From: Azolla caroliniana
Lineage: Eukaryota > Plantae > Polypodiophyta
Reading direction: 5' to 3'
Length of the DNA: 64,000 bases
Assembly: GCA_043228905.1 (NCBI GenBank)
Contig: JBHGNT010000012.1
Location: forward strand, 14,012,001-14,076,000
Shown here: piece after piece, positions 38,045 to 48,175 of the stretch
Layout of the letters: the number at the start of each line of letters is the position of its first letter
Position numbering within the stretch: position 1 is the first letter of the stretch
Program-made: the position numbers and the translations under genes
Notes under the pieces: generated by a model
Database searches by the model: none
What the model was told of the DNA's origin: nothing
The model's input: only the letters and a program-made list of their open reading frames with translations

Positions 38045-40825
38045 ATGAGTGAAGATTCACCGTTCTCGATTGAAGAATATTGTTTGTCATCAGACCCATC
38101 GTTTTCTACTGAAGAGTATTGTTTGTCATCAGAGTCACCATATTCGATTGAAGAATATTGTCTGTCGACCGACTCACCATATTCTATCGAAGAATATTGT
38201 CTGAGCTCATCTACAGGGAATGTAAATAATGACACATGTGAAGAGTTCTCTATTGAAGAATACGATATTAATAAAGATACCGAGAATGAAGGAAGTGCCC
38301 AGGAAACATTGAATAACATTGGCGATGGTCACAACAAAGAATTAGACTGTAACAAGGTTACACCAACCTCTATGCAGGAAGAGAAATCTGGGAGCCCTAT
38401 GCATATTAGAAGAATCCCACGAAGAATTCGTCTAGCTAGATTTAGCTTGGTGACATCAGATAAACAGATTGGATTTGATGTCAACAAAATATGTTGTGCC
38501 CGTGGTTGTATGTCTATGATTGGAAAATCAAAGTTGCGAGAATTAAGGCGATACTATTTTTCGATGACCGGTGATGAGCAAGACACTTACCTCGGGTCAC
38601 ATATGCAACTAGTATCTGACAAATGTACGGGGATCAAAGTATCATTCGAGTATTATATCTTCCATGCACAACAGATATGTAGAGTTGCATTCAAAATTGC
38701 GTTATGTGTTAGTAACATGCGGCTACATAGAGTACAACAACGTCTACTTAGCGGGGATCAGATGCTCAATTGTAAAGAGGTTCCAAGTATGAAAGGTGCA
38801 ATTGGAAGACTAGCTATTGGCTGGATGAAAACTTACTTTCAGTTAAATTGTGAAGTAATGCCCACTACAGGTAGGATGCATCTTTCTGATAATTATACCC
38901 GTCGGGAAGTTTATGATGTCTATCGATCTGAAATGCTGGGCTCACGTAATAAGTCTATCACCTATAGCCAATTCACAAGATTATGGAGAGCTCGGTTTTC
39001 AAATGTTATTATTCCTCGTAAAGTACGTATGGGTTATTGCTCCATTTGTGCAAATCTTAAAAGTTTGGCTAAAGGTGCAAAGACATCAATGGAAAAGGAT
39101 ACGAGTAAGAAGTTACTACAAGAGCATCGTGAGGCACAATCCTTAGAACGAAGGAAGGCGATGCATCATAGAGAGAAGTGTTTGAAGAGGCCCGAACAAT
39201 ACATGTGCTTAATGATAGATGGCATGGACCAGAAGAAGACATGCTTGCCGCATATGCGGAGGCTCCCCAAAGATGTCAATGATGAGTGCCTTGTTCAAAT
39301 GCACTTCGTGGGATGCTTGGCTTATAATAGGTCTGTTCGACCTCACGTCTTCATTACTTACCCCAATGTTCACAATGACCCTAACCTAACAGTTACAGTG
39401 ATTCACCGAGTTTTGATGTCTTGGGGACAACCTTTCCCCCCTGTTCTATACATTCAATTGGACAATACTGCTAGAGAGAACAAAAATTCAACTGTATTTG
39501 GCTATCTAAGTATGTTGGTCAACCTAGAATTGTTTAGGAAAGTGAAAGTCAATTTCCTTTTGGTTGGCCACACACATGACCATATAGATCAGATGTTTAC
39601 CACATTCTCCAGACAGTTGTCTCGGCATGATGCTTTCACTTTACCTAAACTATTTGATGTCATTTGTGATGCTTATACACCACGCCCAAAAGTGTTACAC
39701 TTGAAGGAGGTATATGACTTTAAGAGATATATATTAGATGGGGGTGGTGGGAATGTTAAAGTGCTTGCTCAGTTAAACAATATAAGTTTCAATCACATTT
39801 TTTTGATAAAGAAAAATGGAATAAGTGGTTCTACACTTTTGTATGCCAAACAATATTCATCTTCTACAACATGGGAACCTGAAGGTGGTTGCCAGTTATT
39901 ACTTTGTATGCCGAGTACAATTGTCCATGGAGCTAAGCAAATGCCAATTGAGAAGAAAGGACAGTTGGAGAGCGACTTGGTATCAGAACAAAAACGGTCA
40001 TGGCTCCAAGCCTTAGAAGAAAAAAGAAAGCATATTGAGGCCGCCAAGAAATATGCCGCACAACAAGACACATCATGGTGGGATGTATTTTATAGTGATC
40101 AGAAAGAAATTATAGACAATTGTGTATCTGTTGATAATTGGAATTTGGAAACGCCATTCACATGGTCGTTGCAACATGATCGCGTAAATAGAAGTCCGGA
40201 GCAACTAGTAAATGCGATTAATGACAGCTTGGTCCATCCACAACAAAGAGACATTTATGTGGGACCAAGGATGACCAAAGCAGCCGAAGCTAGATGGCAA
40301 GGAAATTTGCAAGAGCTCACCGCAGGGATGTTGATTGCAACGCCGGCTGATGAGAACTCACATGGCCACCAATTTTGGGTTGGTAAAATTCTAGAAGTGC
40401 TAATGCATGAAATAGAAAACACGATCAAGTCTATAAATGTTCATTGGTACAACACTAGAAGTGCAAATGCTTTTACAGGTAAGTATACATTGGAGATGAT
40501 TGAATGCCAAACAAGAAGGGGAGGTAGGAAGAGGAAGCGAAACATTCGTAACACCTCGACCCTTGATATCTCTGATGTGGATATCATCGTGTACGACTTC
40601 ACACTTACAAAAGCCGGACGATTAAGGAAGTCAACAATAGATATAATAAAAGAAAAATTACCAGGTCTACAAGGTGGCTCGAGTCAAAGGCAAACGAGAT
40701 CTGCTACATATAATCTAGAGTCAAACCATTTGGTTTATGACGAAGATAATGCACTGATTGGTACATCCGAGGATGATGAGGAGGAATCGTCATTGTATAT
40801 TAGTTATAGTAGTGATTCTCCATAA
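38045..40825 (+). CDS. DDE transposase (Sola-like/DUF7869-type), 926 aa, uninterrupted
   Basis: CSIC zinc motif, IDGMDQKKT, QLDNTARENKN, FLLVGHTHDHIDQMF; lies inside TIRs with a 4-bp TSD. Superfamily call is from recalled motifs. Confidence 0.8.
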   Translation: MSEDSPFSIEEYCLSSDPSFSTEEYCLSSESPYSIEEYCLSTDSPYSIEEYCLSSSTGNVNNDTCEEFSIEEYDINKDTENEGSAQETLNNIGDGHNKELDCNKVTPTSMQEEKSGSPMHIRRIPRRIRLARFSLVTSDKQIGFDVNKICCARGCMSMIGKSKLRELRRYYFSMTGDEQDTYLGSHMQLVSDKCTGIKVSFEYYIFHAQQICRVAFKIALCVSNMRLHRVQQRLLSGDQMLNCKEVPSMKGAIGRLAIGWMKTYFQLNCEVMPTTGRMHLSDNYTRREVYDVYRSEMLGSRNKSITYSQFTRLWRARFSNVIIPRKVRMGYCSICANLKSLAKGAKTSMEKDTSKKLLQEHREAQSLERRKAMHHREKCLKRPEQYMCLMIDGMDQKKTCLPHMRRLPKDVNDECLVQMHFVGCLAYNRSVRPHVFITYPNVHNDPNLTVTVIHRVLMSWGQPFPPVLYIQLDNTARENKNSTVFGYLSMLVNLELFRKVKVNFLLVGHTHDHIDQMFTTFSRQLSRHDAFTLPKLFDVICDAYTPRPKVLHLKEVYDFKRYILDGGGGNVKVLAQLNNISFNHIFLIKKNGISGSTLLYAKQYSSSTTWEPEGGCQLLLCMPSTIVHGAKQMPIEKKGQLESDLVSEQKRSWLQALEEKRKHIEAAKKYAAQQDTSWWDVFYSDQKEIIDNCVSVDNWNLETPFTWSLQHDRVNRSPEQLVNAINDSLVHPQQRDIYVGPRMTKAAEARWQGNLQELTAGMLIATPADENSHGHQFWVGKILEVLMHEIENTIKSINVHWYNTRSANAFTGKYTLEMIECQTRRGGRKRKRNIRNTSTLDISDVDIIVYDFTLTKAGRLRKSTIDIIKEKLPGLQGGSSQRQTRSATYNLESNHLVYDEDNALIGTSEDDEEESSLYISYSSDSP

Positions 40826-42933
40826 AGGAGTGATCATGAATGTATATTTGGCTATTAAGTGTAACTACATTCCGCTTGTAACAAATCGAGTAATATAAAA
40901 TCATGTGTTTTGAATTCTTATGATTTCTAAAAAATTGTTTCTTATAAAATAACATTGGTTGTGAAGTTTGTGATATAAATTGAGAATGTATCTTTTTGAA
41001 ATTCGTCTCTTTTTAGGTACTTCTAAATCACGAAAATAGTGGATTTTTAACCATTTTCATAGTATGTTTGAACATGTATGATACTGGTATCAATGTGTTT
41101 TGTAAAATCATTGAAAAACCCCTAAAATTTCCCTTATCCTTCCATTTATGCGCGATCCTTCCACTTGTGAATGCGAACGTGTTTTGGTATGTACAGGTCG
41201 ATCCGTTTCTTTATTCTGTACCCTTACCGGAGTCACTGGTGATTGGATCTGTGTTGCCGTTAAGGCCATTTTGGCCATCTCTGTCGTGACTTGATCCAAG
41301 TCTTTTTCAAGGCATCGGATTTTGGACCGGGCCGTCTCTAGTTGTTCGGTTGTGACGAGCAACCGTTCGCTTTGCGCTCTTTCTTGCGCCTCAATATACC
41401 CCACTGCTTCGGCAATCTGTTTGCCTATCCACCGGAGCCACAGGCTACCGATGCATTGTTGTGCTTGCACGGAGGTTTGACAGATGGGCTCACTTGTAGA
41501 TGGGTGGTCCCGCCTGGTTGCGTCGAGTTGCAATTCCGTTTCTGCCTCTGGTGGGATGGGACTTGCCGGTGTTGCCGGTGGTGCCGGGGCTTCTGATTCC
41601 GGCGCCATGCGCACCGGTTCCGGTTCCTCCCTTGGCGTAGGAGTCTCAGTATGGGGAGCCGGTGTTCCCTCCGTCTGAGGGTCCGAACGTTTCCCGGCTG
41701 CCTCAACGGTCCTTGCCGACGACCGTCGCTGCAGGTGCTCCGTAGGCTCCTCCTCTATTTCCTCTTCTTGAGTCCCGGCATTGAGTTTTGCCGCCAAGGG
41801 GTCCGCTTCTCTATTCACTGGTCGGCGGAGTGTAACCTTTACGGGCCGTGCCGGTGGTTCCTCCTGCGCATCCGTTGGCCGCTTCCGGCTGCCGCTCTCC
41901 TTTCCCGCCTGTTCTGCGTCCGCTGCCTTCCCCTTAGTGGCCTTAGAGGCCAACAATTGTTTTCTTTTGGAAGCCGTCTTTGGGGTGCCGTCCGCCACTC
42001 TTCCTCGCTTCTTAGGCTGGACGGGCTGGACGGGTGGCACAAGCAAGGTGAGCCACTGCGTTACGGCGTGCCATATCCTCCGTCCGTCTCGGCCTTCTTT
42101 GCCGTCTTTGCCTCTGACGATCTTGATCGCCGCACACAACCCATCTGCGATCAAAATTGGCCAATCCACCTTGATCCCTTCATAGGTGGCGATGATCATC
42201 CCTGCCCGGTTCTGCGGCATGACAGGGGGTCTAGGGTACACATGGCCATATTCGTGGAGCACACGAGCAATCTCGCGGAACAGCATATCTCCGCCGCCCT
42301 GTGTCTGGTAGCCCTTGCTGGCTAGGGAGTACTCACCAAAATACCTGATGAGTTGCTCCGGGGTCGGATTGTCAATCGTGAGTATGCCTCCCTCCGGAAG
42401 GCCTGTTAACGCTCGAATCGCCTCCGCCGTTATGACCTCTTTGTCGATTTCTTTGATCACCTTGTCGGCTTCTTTGTGTGGCGGTACTTCCATCATCATC
42501 AAGAAGCCCTCGAGCCCGTGTTGCTTTAGCCATGTATTGGCGGCTTCCGACAGCGTTTGCGGGTCCATGTCTGTGTCGAGGTCGGATTGCGGTGACGAGG
42601 TTGGATGGTGATGAGAGTGAGATTGAGAGAGAGAGAGTTCAGAAGGTGGGGGTTCTCTGTGCGTAGGTTCTCGTCTGATGATCTTGCAGCGCCTTGGTGC
42701 TTCTGTGCTCTTGGGTTCGCGAAAGTAAAGGGTCTCCACGCGCAATGGTTTTTCTTTGTGCATTCTGGCGCCTTTTTCGAGTGTGTGCATGTCGTGTACT
42801 AAAATAGCATTATGTCCTGTGGTGGCGCTTTAAATGCCCACTACGTACCTTTTCGCTCCTCGCTCTTTCATCCATTCATTCCTCGCTTTTGCATGATTAC
42901 TTCGTTTTTTTTTGTTTTTTGGAGTGTGTGACG

Positions 42934-45900
42934 TTACTTGTCCGTTGGTCCTCTCGGACCCTTACCGGCCTCATTCTCCCCAGTTACCGGCTCGCCGTCT
43001 CTGCCGTCTTGGTGGTTGCCGTTCCCCTCATAGGTTGTCGTTTCCGCACTGGTGTCGGTCCTTTGCTCAAATGGGTTCTTAGGCATCGGTCCTCTATATG
43101 GCTTCAATCGGAATCCGTTGACCCATTTGCCTAGCACTTCGCCGGCAAGTGTCCCTAACTGGTAGGACCGATTATACTCACGTGTTAGCCAATACGGTCT
43201 GGTCCATCTAAACCGTAGTTTACCCGGCATCTTGCCCATCCGGGTCTGAAATACTAACACCGGTTTGCCGATTGCGAACATTTTTTCGTTTCCTTTCCTG
43301 TGCCGGTCGACAAATGCTTTCTGTCGCCGTTGTTCCAATTCTAAGTGCAGGATGCTTGCCAGTCGTTGTTCCTCGAGTTCACAAAACGCTGTTAACCGTA
43401 TTGCCTCCGACTCCTTCTCGTTCAGCCGTTCCCGTAGCTGGATCCGTAAGCTGGGTACTTGGAATTCCACCGGCATTACCGCCTCTAGTCCGAACGCTAA
43501 CCGGAACAGTGTTGTTCGGATGCTCGTTTTGTATGCCGTCCGGTATGCCCAAAGCGCGCTATGTAGCTTGGTATCCCAATCCGTTCGATTTTCGTTGATG
43601 ATTTTCCGGAGGATATTCTGGAGCGTTTTGTTCGTCGATTCCGCTAACCCGTTCGCTTGCGGATAGTATGGTGTGCTTCGTTTATGGACAACGACATAGA
43701 ATGTCGTCAGACTTTCAACTACTTGGCCGAGAAAGTGCCCCCCTTGGTCGCTTATTAATTCGATTGGGCATCCGTAACGGCACCAGATGTACTCGTATAG
43801 AAATTTCGCCGTTGATGCAGCGGTGTTGTCTCTTAAGGCTTTGGCCTCCACCCATTTCGTGCAGTAATCCGTCGCGACGATGACGTACCGATTACCCGTT
43901 CTCATTGCTGGTGGTTTGAACAGTCCAACAAAGTCCAGCCCCCACTTCTGGAATGGCTCAAGTGGTAGTACCGGCTGGTGTGGCATACGAGCCTGCTCCG
44001 TTGGCTGGCCCATTGGCTGGCATAGGTCACATTCTTTTGCGTACCGTACCGCATCTCTTAATGTCGTTGGCCACCATAGGCCACTTTGCCATATTTTCCT
44101 AGCCGTTGCATCTCCGGCATAGTGACCTCCTGCAACTCCGCAGTGGGCTTCCCTCAGTATCAGGTCCTTTTCATCGTTGCGCACAGCCCGTCTCCATATG
44201 CCGTCCGCGCCCATGTGGTAAAGTGTGTCTTGCAGTAAGCAGAAATGTCGGCTTTGCACCGCCAGGCGTTTCCGTTCATCCCGATTCATCTCTTCCGGAG
44301 GCAGTCCTGTGCTCAGAAACTGGTGCATGTTTGTGAGCCACTTGTCTTCCTGTGCCACCGTCTCATCTGCTGCCGATTCCGTAGTGACTCGAAACAGCTC
44401 CGCATCTGGAAACTCATCCGCTACTCCGTCACCCGTCTCTCCGGACTCTAATCGGCTTAAGTAACCCACCACGACATGCTGTATACCGGGTCGGTGGAAT
44501 ATTTCAAACTCGAATTCCTGTAACAATAAGGTCCACCGGGCCAATTTGCTGGTGAGTGACGCTTTGGACACCAGGTAAAGGAGTGCCGAATGATCTACAT
44601 GGAAGGAAAACTTCCTTCCCAATAAATAATGCCGAAACTTTGTCACATTGTAGATCATCCCTAGAGCTTCCCGTTCCGTGGTAGAGTAGTTCCGTTCTGC
44701 TTGGGATAGCTTTCGGCTGGCATAGTACACTGTCCGGTACCACTATGGCTCCGTAAGCTGCATCAGTACGCTTCCGATTGCGATGTCGGAGGCGTCCATG
44801 AACACATGAAATTCTTTACTCCAATCTGGAGGCTGCACTACTGGTGCTTGCGACAATAGTACCTTGAAGGCCCTATACGCCTTATCCTCGGTGTCGGTCC
44901 ACTGGAATGGTGTCCGATGTACGGCGGCATGCAACGGTGTAGCCAGGTTGGCCAAGTATCGGAGCATCCGGCTGTGCCATCGGATCTGGCCTAAGAACCG
45001 GCTTAATGCCTTTGCCATTGCTGGCGCCGATGCTTCTAATATGGCTTTCACTTTGTCTGGGTCGACTGCAATACCTTCCTGGCTCACAATATGTCCTAAT
45101 AGACTTCCACTGGACACACCAAATACACACTTTGCCGGATTCAAGCTTAGCCGGTACGCTCTACACTTTTCTAGACAAAGACGGAGGTGCTGAAAATGGT
45201 CCTCCTCCCGGCTATAGACGGCGAAATCGTCAAGGAAAACCTGCATAAAAGCCGGAATATATTCACCAAAGATTTCCATGATGATTCGTTGAAATGTTGC
45301 CGGTGCCGTTTTGAGTCCGAACATCATCACCACGGCCACAAACACCCCCCATTCGGTGACGAAAGCCGTTTTCTCTTGGTCGTCGGGGTGCATCCGGATC
45401 TGATTATACCCGCCGAATCCGTCTAGAAAGCTATAGACCTCATGGCTGGCGACGGCATCCAACACTCCATCTGTGAATGGAAGTGGAAACGCATCCGTTA
45501 CCGTAGCTGCATTGAGTTTCCGGTAGTCCACACAAACTCGAATTTTTCTGTTCTTCTTCGGTACGACTACGATCGGGCTCAACCATGTCGCTTTCTTAAC
45601 AGGATGGATAAAGCCAACTCTTAGCAGTTTGTCGATTTCCTCCTTGACTTTGGCGGCATAATTGGGATTCATCCGGTACCGTCTTTGTGCCACTGGTTTT
45701 GCGTCCTTGCTCAAGTGAACCTGATGCTGGTATAACTGAGGGTCGAGTCCTTGCATGTCTTCGTATGACCAGGTGAACACATCGCGAAATTTCGTGAGAA
45801 GTGTGATCATCGCCGTTTTGTCTTCAGGCTTCATCTCCTTGGCGACGTGCACCGGTTTTGCTTCGTCCGTGGTCCCTAGGTTCACCTCTTCCAGTTGCGA

Positions 45901-46887
45901 TGCTTTTATGCGCTGTGAAACGGCCATTTCCCGTTCCAACGCTTCCTGCGCTTGCCGTAACTCCCGGATTGCGTCTTTATCCGGTTCTGCTTCAGCCTCT
46001 TCCGGTTGCGGTAAGTATGGTGCTACTGTTTCGGTAATGTCAATTTTGAAGAGGGGTACGATCTTCGGGTTTTCCTGCAAGTACTGAGCTTCTTCTTCGT
46101 CAGCTAACCCTTCTAGCATGTTGACGCATTCCGCATACAACGGTGTACATTCCTTGCCAGTGCTCGTCCTTGGCTGTGTTGGTACCCGTACCTTGGCTTT
46201 TCCTCGCAGGAAGGTAATTATATTTTTCCTCCAATTCTGTTTGATATGTGCCGTTTTCAACCATGGCCGCCCTAGCAATAGCGGGTATGCGCCTTGTGCC
46301 TGTAATTGTAGCACTACTACCGAGATGTGAAATGTATGACCGCCCACGGTGACTTCTAATTTCCGTATTAATCCTGCCGGCCGCACTGAGCTTGTATCGG
46401 CCATCCGCAACTAGAACGGACACGACTCCCACTCGTGGATTCCTAGGGCATCACACGTCCGGAGGCTTATTACATTCACCCCAGAGCCTCTTTCTATAAC
46501 TGTGCCAGGGAGTTCTTTCCCTTTTACAATGGCAATGATTACCGGACTGTTGGTGTCCACCACCGTTGGTCCCTCCTCCGGATTCGAGAAGAGTACCGGT
46601 GCCGGTGATGATTCTCCTGCCGTCATGGCCGTCTTCAGTCCTTCCATGAATCTTGGCACGAGTTGTAGGAGTCTTCCTAGTGGCAGCGTAATCTGGCATT
46701 CTTGCAACGCCTGCCATGTCTCGTTCTCGGAGTGACTGCCGCCGGCAAGCCCTACGGTGTTCTCCTTTTGCCGCTGTAAGTCTGTGACATTCTGCTCGTT
46801 TCCTTTCTTCACCCATTTTGTCGCTTGTTTCCGGATGGTCTCCTGCGTCTCCAATTCCTTGGCCATGCCCTTCGACCTTGTGGTCAC
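42934..46887 (-). pseudogene. pol: gypsy pol (PR-RT-RH-INT) with in-frame stops
   Basis: ORFs 46411..46887, 44743..46410 and 42934..44730 are in one frame, split by TAG codons; NYSTTEREAL, WGLDFVG, SDQG and NGLAE motifs. Confidence 0.9.
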
Positions 46888-47669
46888 CTACTACAGATCT
46901 GCCACCTCAGGGACTACCATATTTACCGCCGGTCATTTTTCATAGCTCTTCACCAGGCATTGATTACAATAATGGCCTTCCTATCGGCAGTAATAGCAGT
47001 AGGCTTTCCGGGTATTGCTGGATTCGGCATTGTCTGTTGTACCCGAGGCAGGTCCTGTGGTACGCGCGGGGTTTTGGGCCGGTTGGCTGCTTGAAGCTCC
47101 TTGTTCCGGATCCCGTGGGTAGCCGCCTTTTTTGAAATGCCGTTTTTTGTTATAGCTCTTCTTATTGCGGTACTCTTGACGGGGTTGCCCGTTATATCTA
47201 CCGTATTCCTCCCGTTGCTGATGATACCCGGGGGAGTGCTCCCGGTCATAATGTTCATATCGTCTATTTTAATCCCCATACCGATCATGCCGGTCATAGT
47301 TATCCCGCCGATCACCGTACTGGACATCATTCTCCTGTCGATCGCGGTCCATTCGCCGCCAACGTTCCTCTTCTTCATCCTGGCTGCTGCGTGGCTCAAT
47401 TTGTCGGACGGGCGGTATCGTGGCGTGGCTTGCCTAGAAGCGTAGCGTTGCGTAGACAAAAGATATCGTGAAAGTGAGGAAGGAATCACTGGGATTATGG
47501 ACGGAAGAGACGAAAGAGTAGAGATAGAGTAAATAGAGATGAATAAGATATGACAAAATAGGATTTTTAAGGAATATAAGATAAGACAAGATAAGATATA
47601 AAATAATATATGAGAAAGTGTATGAAATTTATAATCATTTTCATGAAAGAGTTACAAAGTGATTGTGCA

Positions 47670-48175
47670 CGTCGTTGAACCTCCGAACTTTGTTTTGCAA
47701 GGTAATCGCTCTTCTCTTTCTTGATCGTAGACCACTACAATCTTCACTTCAATATTTTGATGAAGATAAGGCTCGAACCGCCTCCCTCTTGTTGAGAGTT
47801 GACCACCACGACCACCAAGCTAGAGCTCCACGTTTATGTTAAACTTCTTCCCTTCTCTCTCTATTTTTATGGTATCTCTTATGTAATACATAATTTGATT
47901 GATATCTCATACCTATCCCCCTTTGATCTTCTCTTTCACCATTTAAATAGGTGCCCCCATGCATATGATGCATTGGAGGGTACAAGTCATGCATGTAGTG
48001 CATGAAATGCATGTGATGCATGATCGCCATTTGGCGTTCATGCATTACATGTGATGCATGATAAACATCTCACTCATTTTGAGCTTTTATGTATGAAACA
48101 ATATATGCAATAAGAATAAACATGAAAATATAATCTTAAAGAGAAAGGGCTTAGCCTAATGGTAGGTGTGTTGAC
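47670..48175 (-). mobile_element. Truncated LTR fragment related to the tRNA-Trp-primed family
   Basis: ATGC-rich block (CATGATCGCCATTTGGCG, CACTCATTTTGAGCT) resembles the reverse complement of 22690-22850. Confidence 0.55.

Larger units (their letters stand above)
32164..41183. mobile_element. 9.0-kb cut-and-paste DNA transposon (Sola-like) with methyltransferase cargo
   Basis: TIR AACACGTTCGC(G/A)TTCACAAGTGGAAGGAT(T/C)GCGCAT at both ends (about 34/36 match); TTGG duplicated at 32160-32163 and 41184-41187; internal DDE transposase. Confidence 0.9.
30836..42790 (-). pseudogene. Retroelement extra ORF (~976 codons once the insertion is removed), coiled-coil C-terminal half
   Basis: Removing 32164-41183 and one TTGG joins ...RPVHT|NKTPATETVPVRDAAQ in frame; two TAG stops remain in the 31478-31624 stretch. 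Confidence 0.75.
30417..47489 (-). mobile_element. Athila/Tat-like Ty3/gypsy element (5'-truncated) with long extra ORF after integrase, interrupted by the DNA transposon
   Basis: RT (FLDGFGGYNQI, FLDDF) 44743-46410; RH-INT 42934-44730; extra ORF 42790->30836; candidate 3' LTR 30417-30781 (TGTTACGGC/GCCGGTAACA), though no clear PPT. Confidence 0.8.

Noticed and set aside
41108-41183. C-terminus of ORF 41108..42790 as given in the ORF track
   Set aside because: It reads into the transposon TIR; the true continuation is at 32159.
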